Part shown: positions 15,001 to 28,600 of the stretch, in pieces
Layout: every line of letters begins with the position of its first letter
How positions within the stretch are numbered: position 1 is the stretch's first letter
NCBI GenBank assembly: GCA_973895155.1
Contig: OZ316898.1
Span: 8,667,079 to 8,731,078, forward strand
Origin: Marsupella aquatica
Lineage: Eukaryota; Plantae; Marchantiophyta
Direction: 5' to 3'
DNA: 64,000 bases
The notes under the pieces: model-generated
Told to the model about the DNA's origin: nothing
Seen by the model: only the letters and a program-made list of their open reading frames with translations
Database searches by the model: none
Translations under genes and position numbers: made by a program

Positions 15001-16829
15001 CAGCCACACCGTGTGAAATTTGCCCATGCATAGCAGATCCAGACATTGTCTGTTTCCCGTTCCAGGGTGATGGTGACTTCCAGTCTTCAGAGATGGCATC
15101 TGTTAGCCGGTTAACCAAGCTGAACAAGAAGTATGCCATGCACGTACCAAATTCTGTGATAGGAGTCTCGCCCATTTGAGAAAGCTGCAATGCTTCGTCA
15201 ACATACTTCATGCACCTGCAGAAGACAATTCGATAACTCAGCTTAGAATTTAAAACCCAAAACAAATACATAAACAAACAACAACAAAACCCGAAGCATG
15301 AGTGTCTCACAACAGATATCCCTAAAGTAGCACAAAAACACGGTGCTCAGTTATGCTCTTTTCACCGTTAGTTGAAAAAGGTAATAAAAACCAGCTCAGA
15401 AAAGAGCTCTCAAGATAGGGAGCAGTACTATTAAAATCAACAAACTCGTTTGCTTAAAAACATTCAAACATGAAAGGAGCCAAGTTATAGATTGTACGCA
15501 GGGTATGGATAATGGGCATTAGGTCAAATACGACGTTAAACAGTCAGCTTCCTACTGGCGGAGAGATTTGAAGAAGAGAGACCCAGGACATTGGCATAGC
15601 ATTCAAACTGAAGACTACTGAGAAGGAGAAATATCAGTACGAGTTTTGGAGACCTGTCTGGAAACTGAAAATATCTACTAGTGGAACACAGAAAAAGAAA
15701 AAGTCGGAAGACAAAAAGCATCCAATCCAGGTCTTCACATTTAGATACTGATGATTTCATAACATGATAACACTCAAGAGTGGAAGAAGAGTAAAGGATT
15801 ATCATTCTTCGACCTGGGGCAGAATTTGCGCAACAATTGACGGCAACTAATCGCTCAAGACTTATGTAAAAGCCAAATCACTAAGGACGTTTTAAGCCAA
15901 ATGTAAAGTTCATTAAGACTGACCACGTTGAGTACAAGACTACCAAATATATTCATGTTTGTGCTCATCCACTCCAGAAACATTAGTGCAAGGCTCTGAA
16001 ATCGATTGATCTTCGAGCTGCCAGCACGACCCCATGCAATACTTCATAACCCAGTAGAGAATTGGTTTAACAAACCTTTCACGAAATGACGTAGACTTGG
16101 TAGCCCCAAGACTAAAGATAAAGTTGCCAGAAAGCTCAAGGTACATCTGATACATATCTGGATGCTGCTGGCGCATAGGAATCACACTGCAATATGACAC
16201 ACACCTTTGCAAGTCAGAGGTAAAAACAAGAGGTGAAAGCATACAGATTGCCAATATGGTGGCTACTTCCTTCAATAGCTAAGCTGTTAGTATGAAGAAC
16301 GGAGTCTCCTGAGGGCAACAACCATAACGGAATTCCCTAGGCGGGACTCGCAAAGAGACAGATTATTAAACCTAAAATTCTGCCGTCAATTATAACTCTC
16401 GATGGATTAGGCGCTCTTACTGTGCTCATTAACCCTCTTTACCCGGAACGGAATTTGGCAGAAAGAGAAGAATTTTCCATCTAATCGAAGAAGTCAGAAA
16501 GAGAAAACGTACCGAGCAGTGAGAATGCCCAAGGTGAGAAAGGAATCGATCAAATGGGAAGCAAGAGCATGCTGCAAATACATCCAGGCAGGGCCCCGGC
16601 CTGGCTGGGACAAGGCTTGATTCAGAAGAATCGTTCCAAGTTCCAAACTAGGGAAAATGCACCCAGGCAGCGAGAAAATATCCACTCCCCAAAGGAGAGG
16701 AGAATCCTTCCTAGCAAACGCTGCTTTTGTGACTTCCTGAATAGCAACCACCGCCTCCCGGGTCATCATCACCCCACCTCCATTCGGCTCCGTGTTGCCT
16801 ATCACAACCACCTCCCTCGAGGGCGCCAT
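9007..16829 (-). CDS. MED33: Mediator of RNA polymerase II transcription subunit 33 (MED5/REF4-RFR1 family), 12 exons
   Basis: Frame-compatible GT-AG exons ~16829-16513, 16186-16076, 15215-14847, 14563-14241, 13905-13814, 13550-13172, 13029-12822, 12510-12396, 12189-12025, 11877-11172, 10882-10676, 10184-9007. Family motifs: EGPKPHIESRMCMLLS, AGNMRHLIVEACISRGLLDT, AASILCGASLSRSWNVQEH, DSFPKLKAWYTQHQACIAS, DWPSPAANL, WPSMAVLAALWTQKMRRWHDF, LALLERGG-like C-terminus. Confidence 0.95.
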
Positions 16830-17975
16830 ATCTGGCACCTTCAAGAACCTCCGCTCAGCTCAGCTCAGCTCAGCGCTTCACATTTGGCTCTTCATAAATT
16901 CTGGTCAAATTTTGACAGCAGGCACTGCAGCACCAATTCTCCCAGTCGAGTATTCTGAGGGCCTCGATTTGTTAATCTTCGTGTGCTTCACTTTAATCAC
17001 TTCGCACGCACTCGAATCGCACGTCACAACGCATCGCTCCTCCTCTGCCTCCGAACCCCTCTGCCTCTGCCTCGCCTCTGTATCAAGTGTTTCTTTTCGT
17101 CACACTTCGTGCAATTCTGTATTTTTCCCGAGCAGAGTATTTCCGTCCTTCCCGTTTGCTCACAGTACAGTACGGTCGGGAATAAAATGTACTTATACTC
17201 ACATCCTCGTCATCCCATCCCAGCTTAAGGGTTTCATAAAGATGCTATCCAGGCATATGACCCCTTCAAAATGGCTTTGAGTAATTATGACATTTAAAAA
17301 CGGACACTGATGTGAGTGCGTACTCGCTATGGGTGAGCGCAAAAAATGAATATTGTATAAAAATTGAGTAGTATATATCAGAGTGCCAAAAGGACGAAAA
17401 CTCCAAACCAGGGGGGTCCTAAAGGGAAAAAAAAACACAATAAAGAGAGGGAAAAGGGAAAGACCTAAAGAAGAACAAAGAGGCCCAACAAGCTTAGGAG
17501 CGCCCCACACTAACAAGACCAAAACCTTACTAGGCTGAAAATTGAAAAGTCTACTAGAGCTCTGGAGTAAATTTGAGAACCTAGAGCCCAGGATGGACAA
17601 AGGGATTTGTCTTGCCCTGATAGTTTTTTTAAGTGTCCCAACCAATTGTAAACCACTGATTTTTAGCACACTTGTGAACTTATCTGGACAACGTGTTTTT
17701 TTCTCTGGATAAGTTCACATTTGCCAATATGTTAAACATGACATCCAATTATTACCTGAAATAATTTATGTTTGTTTAAGGCATTTGCTCCAATTTTTAT
17801 GAGCATGAAAATGATTAAATATTATAACCCAGTAGACTGAAGTTCAATTTTGTATAGAACACCTTGAGTAGCTTAGGCATTAGTTACAAATTATCACTTT
17901 TGTGAAGCTATTAACGTGCAAAAAGCACTCTAATATAATTCAGGATTTATATCTTATTTTTAAAGTGTCAACCAC

Positions 17976-18029
17976 AAGCTAGAGTTGAGGCCTAGGCTTC
18001 TAGAGTGAAATCTCTAGACCGCAACTCTA
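17976..18029 (+). repeat. Short hairpin-forming dispersed element, copy 1
   Basis: AAGCTAGAGTTGAGGCCTAGG...CTAGACCGCAACTCTA. Related copies at 18369, 29211 and 54378-54503. Confidence 0.65.
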
Positions 18030-18368
18030 TGGCCCACCATGTGGATGGGAAAGTCATGGCTATGATGTATGTCAAAAGATAATCATGCATGTTTTTTATA
18101 GTAATTTTTATTTACATTCAAAAAATGGACTCTAGGGCCCCACCATAATATATCTGCATAGAAAGAGGGATATGCATAGAAAGGAGTATGGTATGTTATA
18201 TATAATTATTAAAATGATGACTTGCATGATGATTTTTTTATCTTTTCATTAACCTTCAAAGAATGTGAATAGGGAATATACTTTGTTGACACTTTTATTA
18301 TATTCTCTGCTATTCACATTCACAAAGGAACGGGTGGTTGGGGCTAGTTATTACTAATACACAAATAG

Positions 18369-18422
18369 AAGCTAGAGTTGGGGTCTAGGTTTCTAGAGTG
18401 AAGCATCTAGACCATAACTCTA
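18369..18422 (+). repeat. Short hairpin-forming dispersed element, copy 2
   Basis: TAGAGTT-GG-GGTCTAG...CTAGACC-AT-AACTCTA has self-complementary arms. Confidence 0.65.
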
Positions 18423-18623
18423 GGGTCCTCTAGGGTCCCACCAAATGTATGTCAATGGAGAGCATAATTAGATGTATGGTATGTCAAAATGATGAGCATG
18501 CATGCTAATTTTTGTCATCACTCTATTGTCACTCAAATAGGCTTAATTACCAAACTTAGTGAGCTTTGAGCACTTTTCTGTGTTATCACATTTCTTACCT
18601 TGGTCTAGTAAGTAGTGCATTAC

Positions 18624-18737
18624 ATAAACCAAGCCTTTCTATATTTCTTTGTCATGTGTATGACATTAAATCTGCACCAATAAACCAAGCCTTTCTATAT
18701 TTCTTTGTCATGAGTATGACATTAAATCTGCACCATC
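18624..18737. repeat. 56-bp tandem duplication
   Basis: ATAAACCAAGCCTTTCTATATTTCTTTGTCATG(T/A)GTATGACATTAAATCTGCACCA occurs twice. Confidence 0.9.
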
Positions 18738-19070
18738 AGATCTGGGTTTTGGAAAAGTTAGTTTTGAGTAACAGCTGCAAGACAAATTGGTTTTGAGACT
18801 ACCTATCCTTGTGGTCTTTTAGTGCTCCCCTTACTTTTGTTATGAAATGCTAATGTGTCATGGTTGAGAGAACAAGTTATAACACCACCTCTTGACCGTT
18901 GATTCTCCTCTGCAGTTGTTGGTCTGTTAGTCTCTTGGTGGTTAGCTCAATTGGTGTGGGCAAGTGTGCTCTTCATTAGGCTTAGTCCCTCTAACTTTCA
19001 GCTCCACTTTTGGTGTGCTTATTATGCAACTAGTCTTACTCTTAGTACAAAGTATCTATCTACTGTAGTG

Positions 19071-19164
19071 TTCTATGATGCTTCAAATCTCATTCAATTT
19101 TGGATTGCCTTTTTCATTCTATGATGCTTCAAATCTCATTCAATTTTGGATTGCCTTTTTCATT
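19071..19164. repeat. ~46-bp tandem duplication
   Basis: TTCTATGATGCTTCAAATCTCATTCAATTTTGGATTGCCTTTTTCA occurs twice. Confidence 0.9.
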
Positions 19165-19529
19165 TTTGGTGCTCAAAGGCCTCATTATCTTTGTTACATT
19201 GGTGTGTCCACTTGCATGTTACACAAACCTCCGCTTTAGAGTAAACCAGACAAAATTAATCCAGAAATTTGTGTGCTGTTGAAAGCTACAATCGTGCAAC
19301 GCCCAGACAATGGGCTTGTCTTGTAAAATACTTTATGCTAGTCTCAGCAAGGCTGGCTGAAGGGCGGCCCTCATTTGTTCACTATACACATAAGAGAACT
19401 GTGTAGCCAAATCAAGTGGCTTAGCTCAATGGCCCTCATTTGGTAACGATATAACTATTCCCTAGCTCATACCCATGCACTGCACAAAAGATATTGTTTC
19501 ATTGAAGATGGCATGGCGTTCTAGTCATA

Positions 19530-22387
19530 TTAGTCATAGGGCCCTGTAGGATTGAGCTGTTTCAAAAGCCCCAAGTACGTCAGATACAGAACCCTGTCTT
19601 TGGCACCAGTGCGATGCTTCTGGGTGTGTTTGCAGAAATACTTCAGTTGTTCTAAAGTACAAGTGCCCAAAGTTCCAGTGAGCATCAGGAACAGCCAGTT
19701 GATGTGGCGCTTGCGTGGGTTGATCACTGGCTTCAGACAGTCACTCTGATGGCACATCGTGCAGTCGAGCAGGCGCGGAAGTGTCCATATCTTCGGGGCA
19801 CGGTCGTGCATCGAGTATTTATTGGACATGAAATAGTTGTCAAGCTGGAGAAAAGACGCCTGCAAATCGATATCCATCGTCTGGCTTCCATCGCATCTCT
19901 TGCAAAGCACCTCGCCGTGGATTCTGTTTATGCCAAGCCGAGTAATCCATTTGAGAGAATGCACCACGGCCCGCCTATCCGTAGCCCACGGATAAGGCGG
20001 GCGAATCAGTTCCTCCTTAAGTTTAGCACTAAGTCGATCAACGGAGGTTTGTCGACGTCTAGGCCAATTTCTCTCTGCCTCTGATTCCGCTGATGATGCT
20101 ACTTGCTGTGAGTGCGCTGAAGCAGGCGGAGTTGGTCGCTCTTCATTGAAGCTATGTTGTCCCGGGGGAGACAAGGTTAGTCTCAAAAATGCGTCATCTT
20201 CCGAAGGATCACTCACTGAAGAACTACCTGCTAGGTCAAGCTTTAGGGGCGTGTGTGCAGCCAGAATTGCGATCCCCCATTGCCCGCACAACTCAACATG
20301 AGGTTCGGGAACAGGCCTGCTCCACAACAATCAACAAACCACTAGACGTGAGTCCGCTAAGTTGTCACTTCAGTACCAGGAACTTGGTAGAAGGCACTAT
20401 AAACAAGACATGGACTTCCACTAATCTTGTACTCAATATATACCAGGACCCTATGAAAACATCCTCCGTCCAAAATATATACTCACTTGTGGACAGGCAT
20501 TCGGCACAGTGGAGGCCTCCCGTCATCATATTGTCTGAAGTCCTCATGCAGTGAGCTCTTTTCAAATCTCAGACGACTCTGTTTGTACCAGAAAAGATGG
20601 CAATGGCACATGCAAACCCATCAATTCCAGGTCACACTATATATATTCTTATCGACATTACCAAAAAGCGCAACCCCTCAAGACCATCTGCTGTAACTAT
20701 TATAGTGCAGACCTTAGAACAAAATGTGTAGTTCCCTCGGGTTTCATGACAGTTCCACCAGACTTGAAGAAAGATGAGAGAGATGCTAACGTGCGATGTT
20801 TCATTAGAAAAGAGTATATATGCTTGTACAGTCCTAAATACACAACAACAGTGTCAACAAGAGCTCGTGCAAAGTAAGATTCGTCTATGCGACAAGAACA
20901 AGCGACGGTCCAACCGCATAAACTTGGAGATTAGCAAATTTGAAACACTATCACGGACTGCAATGTCTACTACCTGGGCTGACCTCTGTCTGGGATAGGA
21001 ATGTGGTTGAAGAAAGAGGAAGTCGGAGTTTATGCTCTTCTACAGGCGACTATTATCTAAACGTTGAAAGGTAATCCTGATGCAACTGGGGTTCCCGTGA
21101 GAGTGTCAGTTAGATATTATGATCCGCGGGACCTGAACCTGACAACAGATTGAATTTCGTACTGGGTCTAGCTTGGGCACACTCCGCATCCATGACATCC
21201 GTGTTTGGGATTAACATACCTCAGGAGCATGAGTGGGGGACGCTGCAGCATATCTACCTTCATCATCACGGTAACGTTCTACACCTCTATTATCGATCAA
21301 ATTATCGTCGTCTGGTGTCTCCTCCGTATCCGCCTGGTTAGCATCATACCACCCTTCGTTAAACGACGAAGAAATTCCGGGTGCCATCCCGTCAAAAATC
21401 CTAAGAGCCGTTTTGGTAAACAGTAGCTGACGAAGTTCCAAACTTGCCTACCGTTGCATCCCTCGAATTGCTTACATAGTCATTTTCTAGCGAGGGTGCG
21501 CCTGCTGATGTTTCGCTTTCAAGGCGATTTGCAACATGTCTGAATTTTTGAAAGGCTCAACGACCGAAGACCGCTGCAGACAATACAATTTGACGAATCT
21601 AGCTCCGTTTCATACGGTGAAGGTGATCTGCCTCTCCTCCCAAGCGAGTTCAAAGAAAAGCAATTCATAAACCCAGTAACGCGCCAAACTAGCTCCCTTC
21701 GTAAAACCTAACTGCAACCCATACATACATATGATGATGCCATAGACTCGTAATCTTTGATTCGACAACTGTGCGGCTGAAAACATCTGCGAAGACCCGA
21801 CAAGAAATTGTATCTTTTTGTAGACATAGTCACGCTAGAAAGGAATGCGCTACAGACCTCTAAATCCTGGGCAGCACAAGGATGCTCCCGCGGGGACTTC
21901 TCTTAATCTCTTCCCCAACCCTTGAAAGACGTTCACTTACCCCGGCTCTGTCGCTCCTGGTCCCGCCACAGTTCCGTGAGGACCGTGCCAGGTTAAGAAG
22001 CTTTGACTCGGTCCATACCACGTCCCTGTACTTGCTGTCTTCCCCTCTCCCGTTCCTCTCTTTCCCTTTCAGTCCATCACCTGCTTTCCTAGCCCTCTTG
22101 CGCCACACCGCATCCTCCGTATCTTTGCTCTCCCTTTTCGAGGGTCGGCGCTGTTCCTCTCTATGGTCAAAAAGTTGACGACAATCCTCCGCGACGCTTT
22201 TCCTCACAATTGCTTTCCCGGGCTCCGTCCGCGGACACTGGTCGGAATTATCACGAAAAGTTGGTGATGCAGGCGGCACGTCCTCCCAGTCTCCTTCTCC
22301 TTCTCCTTCTGCTTCTGCGGTGCCCTCTGCGTACAGCTTATCAGGGTCATACGTGAGCTCACCCTCCTCGTTGACATCCCTATACAT
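19530..22387 (-). CDS. Plant DUF7086-type Cys/His-rich protein; last exon secure, 5' exons inferred
   Basis: Last exon 20316-19530 has PPYPWATDRRAVVHSL, CKRC, MHDRAP, CTMC, INWLFLML..LG.CTLEQLKYFC and HRTGAKDRVLYLTYL. Exon 20578-20487 (AG..GTGAGT, phase 0/2) splices in frame to it. Further phase-0 candidates are ~21447-21220 (donor GAG|GTATGT) and 22387-21941 (donor GGG|GTAAGT). The true start is uncertain. Confidence 0.75.
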
Positions 22388-22429
22388 GGTACTTCACGGC
22401 GTCAGGAACGAATCCGTCACAAATGACGA

Positions 22430-22845
22430 ATTTCGATTCCACTTCTCGTTCCGTTCTTCGGATATCACCACTCATCAATGCTGGGAGAGCTTCTGGGAAC
22501 AGACGCCAGTCGAAGGACAGTAGTAATGTAAAAGTTGGGATCGACAGACTGATCTCGCTTTGACACTACACTACTACTACTACAGGTACTAGCAAACTAC
22601 TTAATAAGATATTCTCGCTACACCGATGTACTACTCATGAAATAATTTCGATTTACTTCTTGTTCCGTTCTTCCTTCGGACATTACCACTCGGGACGGGA
22701 CCAGCACGCACTCATCAATGCTGGGCGCTTCTGGGAACAGACACAGAAGAAGGACAGCAACTTGGGATCGACAGACTGATGTCGCTTGACTGCTGGAGAC
22801 CGCTTCTACTACACTACTACTGCTAATAACATATTCTCGGGCACA
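22430..22845. repeat. Imperfect ~215-bp tandem duplication in the probable 5' leader of the DUF7086 gene
   Basis: CACTCATCAATGCTGGG..GCTTCTGGGAACAGAC, TTGGGATCGACAGACTGAT.TCGCTT and ATATTCTCG each occur twice. Confidence 0.8.
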
Positions 22846-24899
22846 CCGAGGTACAAGGCAAATCTGTGTTTCGTGTCTTGCGCCGTCCGTGATTCCGAAG
22901 CCGAGCACTTTCCGAGCTGAGCACTACTTCACTACTGCTACTGTAGTCCACCGACATACGCCTCCGCGAGCGAGCGAGCTTCCGGAGCGCAAGTGAAACC
23001 CTAAACTAAGCTTCCGGAGCTCAACAAAACCCACCGCTAATAATAAGCTTTTGTTCTTCGTCTTTTTTAACTACCGGACCAATTTATTTTTAAAAAATTA
23101 GTTCACCGACCACTTTTACAAAACAATAATAAACCACACCCCACTTTTACAAAAAAATAATACGTCACACCTGCCGATGTAAAATCCCCCTTTCCTGCCT
23201 AGGTACTGTTCATTGTGGTACAAGTTCAATCCCTGTGCCTTATACAAAAGATATTATTGTTACATAAATATGTTCCTTGCATTTATAATGTTAAATAAAA
23301 GATATAGTTAATTAAAATATGGAGAGATATGCTTAGTAGACTTCTCCATATTGTACTCTAAAGACAGTTGCGCCAAAAATGTAGTTTATTAAAGGACATG
23401 GTACAGCAAAACACGCCAAAGCATAATAGATGACCTTGTGCTAAAGATGTAGTTCAAAAAATATCATGGTGCAAAAGATATCTTTGTGAGAAACAGCTCA
23501 TTTGCATAAAAAATAATTGTCAAGTGAAAGATGTCATGACACAAAAAAAGTAGACAACCATCACACAACAAAATGAGAATAATTTATTTTATCATTTTTG
23601 TCTTTTCAAACGTTAACACCCTCCCCGGCCCCTTGCCCGCTCCCCACCCAACCCCTTCTTTTTCACTATTTTTCTTTTCTTGTATTTGTCTCATTGATTA
23701 GATTGTGCACTACTTTATTGATTATGTAATATTTGCAATTAAAACTCCTCTCATGATGTAGCACTTCCTATGGGTGACATTGCATGGAGCATAGTAAGGC
23801 ATGGATGGTAGAGGGAGTAGAACTTTCTATGCATGATTAGCATGGATGGTAGAGGGAAGAGCATGGTGGGGTAAAGGAGAAACTTTGTCCTTATCTTGCT
23901 TGGAGAAGCCTGCTCACACCCAATATAATTATTTTCTTCTTATTCCTTTCTATTTTTCCAGTATCCTTTTCTTTCACTCAAAAAACCTCCCCAAATTTGA
24001 ATGACGACCACTTTAAAAAAGGGTGCAACCCTTTATTATAATTTATGATGTCATTATATTATAAGCGGACCCACATGCCCTCTCATGGAAATTCTCTTGT
24101 CAGCTCAAGAAGAGATTGTTCTACAAAAAAAAACTAACCATACCTACCCATATAAAAGCCCCCTTCCCTACCCACATAATTACATAAAAGCCCCCTTCCC
24201 TGCCCAGTTACATTGTGGTAGCAATATATACTGTTCATTGTGTTACCGGTAGATAGTGGTATGTCCTTACATAAAAAGCGGACCTATCTTCTCTTGTCAA
24301 ATCAAGAAGGGACAGTGGTAGCAGTATATAATAGTGGTGGCAGTATATACAAGAGAATATCTGATGAGGGGGAGGTGCTTTTAATGTAAAAGTCTCAAAA
24401 TAGAAATGGGCAGTTTTCACTTTTTTGGGGTCTCCAAGATCTGATGAGTGCTGTCCATTTGGGAGAAACTGTTGCTGTACACTTTACAAAATAGTGGGGA
24501 CAGTTTTAACCCAACCTGTTAGAGACCCTACATGGAGTGGAGTGGGGCCCAATTTTTGCTTAAGTGAAGCACTCTTTTGTACTAGATTTAAGACCACCTC
24601 TGTTTGAGGTCTCTTATTCTAGCCCCTTGGTCCGTTCCTATCATTTGCATTAAAAGGGGACTCACAACTCCTTCATCTCTTGTCACATCTAGAAAGATTT
24701 TAGCCAAAGAATACATGACATTAAAGGGAATGTGTCCTTAATGGATTCCCTTAAGGACATTAAAGGGAATGTGTCCTTAATGTCCATAAATGGATTCCAA
24801 AAGTGCTTTCAGCCCCGGATAACTATATTAAGTATGTGCAATGGCCCTCTAGTCTGCTTTGGTGGAAAGACCTCCCATGTGCCCCCAAGGTCTTGTAAA

Positions 24900-27800
24900 G
24901 TCAGCCTAAGATAGGTGGTTTAAAATCTGGGACAAACTTGTGCTCCACATAAGCCAAAGTTGGGCCCCACTCCATTCCATGCATGATTGGGAATAGTTTG
25001 GAAGGAAACAACCCATAATGTCTTGTAAAGTGAATTGTATCTCCCCAATGGCCCAATGGATGTCCCCATTAACACATCTTAATTGGAGACCAACCAATCT
25101 TGAATGTACCCCCAAGGTCTTGTAAAGCCACCCTTAGATCTTTGGGTTCTAAAACTTTTTAGACAGCATAGTTTTAGTTTTGTTGTCTCATGTTCTCTTC
25201 AGTTCAACTATGTCTTCATACTAACCCAAGATATCTTTCCAAGAAGTTTAATATCTCTAAAATCCCTGGAAGCACGGGCAGTCACACAAACATAACTGGT
25301 ACAAACAAGAACTGTTAGTTATGCAACAAAAACCAAACCTGACTATTTGTGTTTGATGCAAACAAAGAAAAACAATAAAACCCCATAAATGTGAAAACAA
25401 GGGAAGAATGAAAATAACATTTTAAAGAAACAAATGAACTAAGGGGTGAAATAAAGAAACCTTTGGATCTGCCTTGGCCTGCGGGTCTCCCATCCGTGGG
25501 CTTCATGTGAAATCAATGATATTTGTTTTTGAAGTAACTTTGGATGGGGCGGTGATTGATAAATCAGTGATTTCTGATAATTTTTTGAATGTAACATAAG
25601 AAACCGTTCAACTACTATGGACAGATGAGTAAGAAGAGAACGTAGAAACTCTTCAATTGCCATTCTTGGCCCTATAGTCAACTACTTAAATTTGCACCAG
25701 GCTTCAATTCATGATCTTGCATATTTGAATGAAATCAAGCTTACATAAGCAGGGATACTCAAACTAATTTTAAAAATTGATTAGAAAGATCTTTCCAATG
25801 ATTTTAATGTAATTGAAATTCGCAGATTCTTCCCTTTCTGGGGGTTTCACATATTTTCCCTCAAGGGGGGAAAAACAATAATAATTATTATTATTATTAT
25901 TAATGTAATTGAAATTCATTGAGAATTGAGAGACCTACAAACCTCTTTTTTTGCTACATTAATTTCACTCACTTATGTAAATTGTACTGTATGAGTAGAA
26001 AGAGTATTTTGCTCAGCCCATCAGGTTGCAAAACTCTATTGGGTTCTTTTAGCAAAACTAGAGGTCCATCATGCTTCAATTTTGAACAAATAACAACGCT
26101 TCCATAGAGGAAACAAATAAAAATCTACCACTATTAAAGTATTGTTCTATAATGTAAACAAGTCGGCCAATTTACTCAAATTGGTTTTTCTTTTTACCCA
26201 TCACTTTTCAAAATTGAATTCTTTTCAAAGATTTCAAAATTGATTTCTTTTTAAAATCATTGGAAAGATCTTATCACCCATCACAATCAATTTCATTTCA
26301 TTTCTAGACAGACGGGTGAGTTTCTAATACATAAACAAACCCCACTACTACTACTAAACTTGTACGTTCTACTTTGAAATAAAAGAACCAATTTAATAAA
26401 ACTCTATTTTATTTTCTCTCATCACGAATCAATTTATATTTTATTTTTAGACACCTGCTTCTTGTCATACTTCATTTGCTTTCCCAAGCCAAAAGTTTCC
26501 CTTAGAAACATCCTTTGCGCCCTCCATCGGATGCCCTCCTTCTATGTGAAACTGTTCCTTTTGAAGAGCTTGCTTCACTCCACCTCCTAGTCCATCCTGT
26601 GCCAGCAGGTATATAGTACTATGAAAGCATTACAGATTGTAGGGCTCGAAACTTTGAAACTGTCCTGGCTGTTGAAAAAAATGAACACTAGAACTTAAAA
26701 CATAATAGTAATACAAGACCAAAAAGGAAAATATAAATAATTACCAGCACACCTTTCTCGTGCCCTGAGACGTGGAAACACCACATTAGTGGCACCCCAT
26801 ACTCATGGTAATATCATAGGAAATAGGCCGGCAAGCTTAAACTGTGCTCTGACCACATAATGTGATTGGTGACAAAAAACTCTTTCTCCCTCATCCACTC
26901 GCAATGAAAATCCAGGCTATGCTACATAAAGAAGGTATCATGGCTATTGGCATCTGAAATTTAAAAAGTGGTAATCAGCCTCAATATATTGGGTGATCGT
27001 CTTACCATTTTTGTCACACACCACAGGGTCCTCCTCCTCCTTGTCATACTAGTGCCTGTAGGTGATCAAAACAAAAATGGTGATTTGTCTATTATCCCAA
27101 TGAAGGGATCGTACCTCATCTTGTGATGCGAACGTGGAATTCTCTGCAAAGTCAATGGAACTTACTATAGTGCCTTTCAAAAAGGGCTGGAGACAACTTT
27201 GATACTGCTCAGGGTGTCATATAGCATAGAAGTCATGTTTTATAAATGTTTGTATAGTACTTGTCACCTTTCCATGAACTTTACTTACTCCTCCCAGAAG
27301 CATGCAACATCACCTTGAATCTCCTCAGAATGTCGATCACTACTTTCCTTTTGCTGACCCATTGGAAACATAATGTGGCATCACCGTCCGGGTTACCATC
27401 CAACAAAATTCTTCTCTTACTAGCAGCATACAGAGGGTCTCTTTCCATACACAAAGCTCAAGCACAAGAAGATTGGTATCTTGCATTCACAATCTTGGGA
27501 CCAGTGAACTCAGCTAAGGATCTCCTTTAATCTTGGCCACCTATTCTAAGTAAATCCCAGTACTTCCATTGTTCTTTTTGGTCCCTGTCTTGTTTCAAAA
27601 AAGTATCATCCTCTATATGGTATTTTAAATGTGACACTTGAATGTGACATCAAATACTACCCTCTCTAGCTTGCAATTGCCCTCCCAAGCACCCAACTAT
27701 CATTTCACATGGTTTGCTGCTAAAATTGCCGGAGCATGGGTCTACATGGGTCTACTAGTAAGAATTACCCAAGCATTGGTAGTCGAGCATACGTGGGTCC

Positions 27801-28600
27801 ATTGCCAAAATTGGTGGAGCATGGTGTGTTGCTAGAATTTGTCAAACATGGGTCCCCTCCCAAATTAGCTGGGGATAGTTCCTCTCTCAAAATTGAGTTT
27901 ATTACTCTTTTCTATGTTGAACCATGATTTTGAAGACACCTGCAATTTTTCTAACCAATTGGATCTTGAGTTACTTAAATAATGAGGTGAGTTTGTTTTG
28001 ATGACATGGATCAATCTGAATCTCATTCTATGTCCAATGATCATTGTTATAATCATTATTATGATGACCAGTTTTTGGAGTTGAATTGTAAATGATTACA
28101 ACAATAACCACTGCTCAGAGTTGATTCATAAGTTTTGGTGTAAGAACTAAACTGAGTTTTATAGTTTCCAATAAACTTAACTTAGTGAAAAAGGTGACCT
28201 CAACCAAATTCTTGGCTTGTAAAGAATAATTGGACAACTTTGGAACCAAAAATCCACAACTCAAACATAACTAGGTCATATGGGTGTTGGCATTACTTAG
28301 GCCCACTGCTAGTAATCAAAGGGATTTTGTGACAAAGAAGACTGTTAAGTTCCTGGTTGACAAAGTACCAAAGCGGGACGCAACTCACACATCAAAATGT
28401 ATTTAGTGTACTAGTTAAATCATTAGCCTTGAATGATGTGGTCTTAAGTTTAAATCTCTCATTGTTCAAATGTGCTGAAAGATAATGTTTGTTCATTTTC
28501 TAGTTTGTCGTGCCTAAAGCATCTGTGTAGTACATCCAACCCCGGGGGGAATGCACGCACACAAGACCGCATTTGTGACATAGTTTGGGCAAATGTGCAA
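24900..28600 (-). mobile_element. Heavily decayed L1-type LINE ORF2 remnant
   Basis: Minus-strand peptide relics in the expected order: DGDATLCFQWVSKRK..I (cf. EGDxNTxFF) ~27350-27390, RPIS ~26820, and a possible zinc-knuckle relic ~25060. Many stops and frameshifts; boundaries approximate. Confidence 0.4.

Noticed and set aside
8990-17280. Plus-strand ORFs such as 9872-10393, 10149-10571, 16554-16958 and 16792-17280
   Set aside because: Antisense shadows of MED33 exons and leader, with no recognisable motifs.
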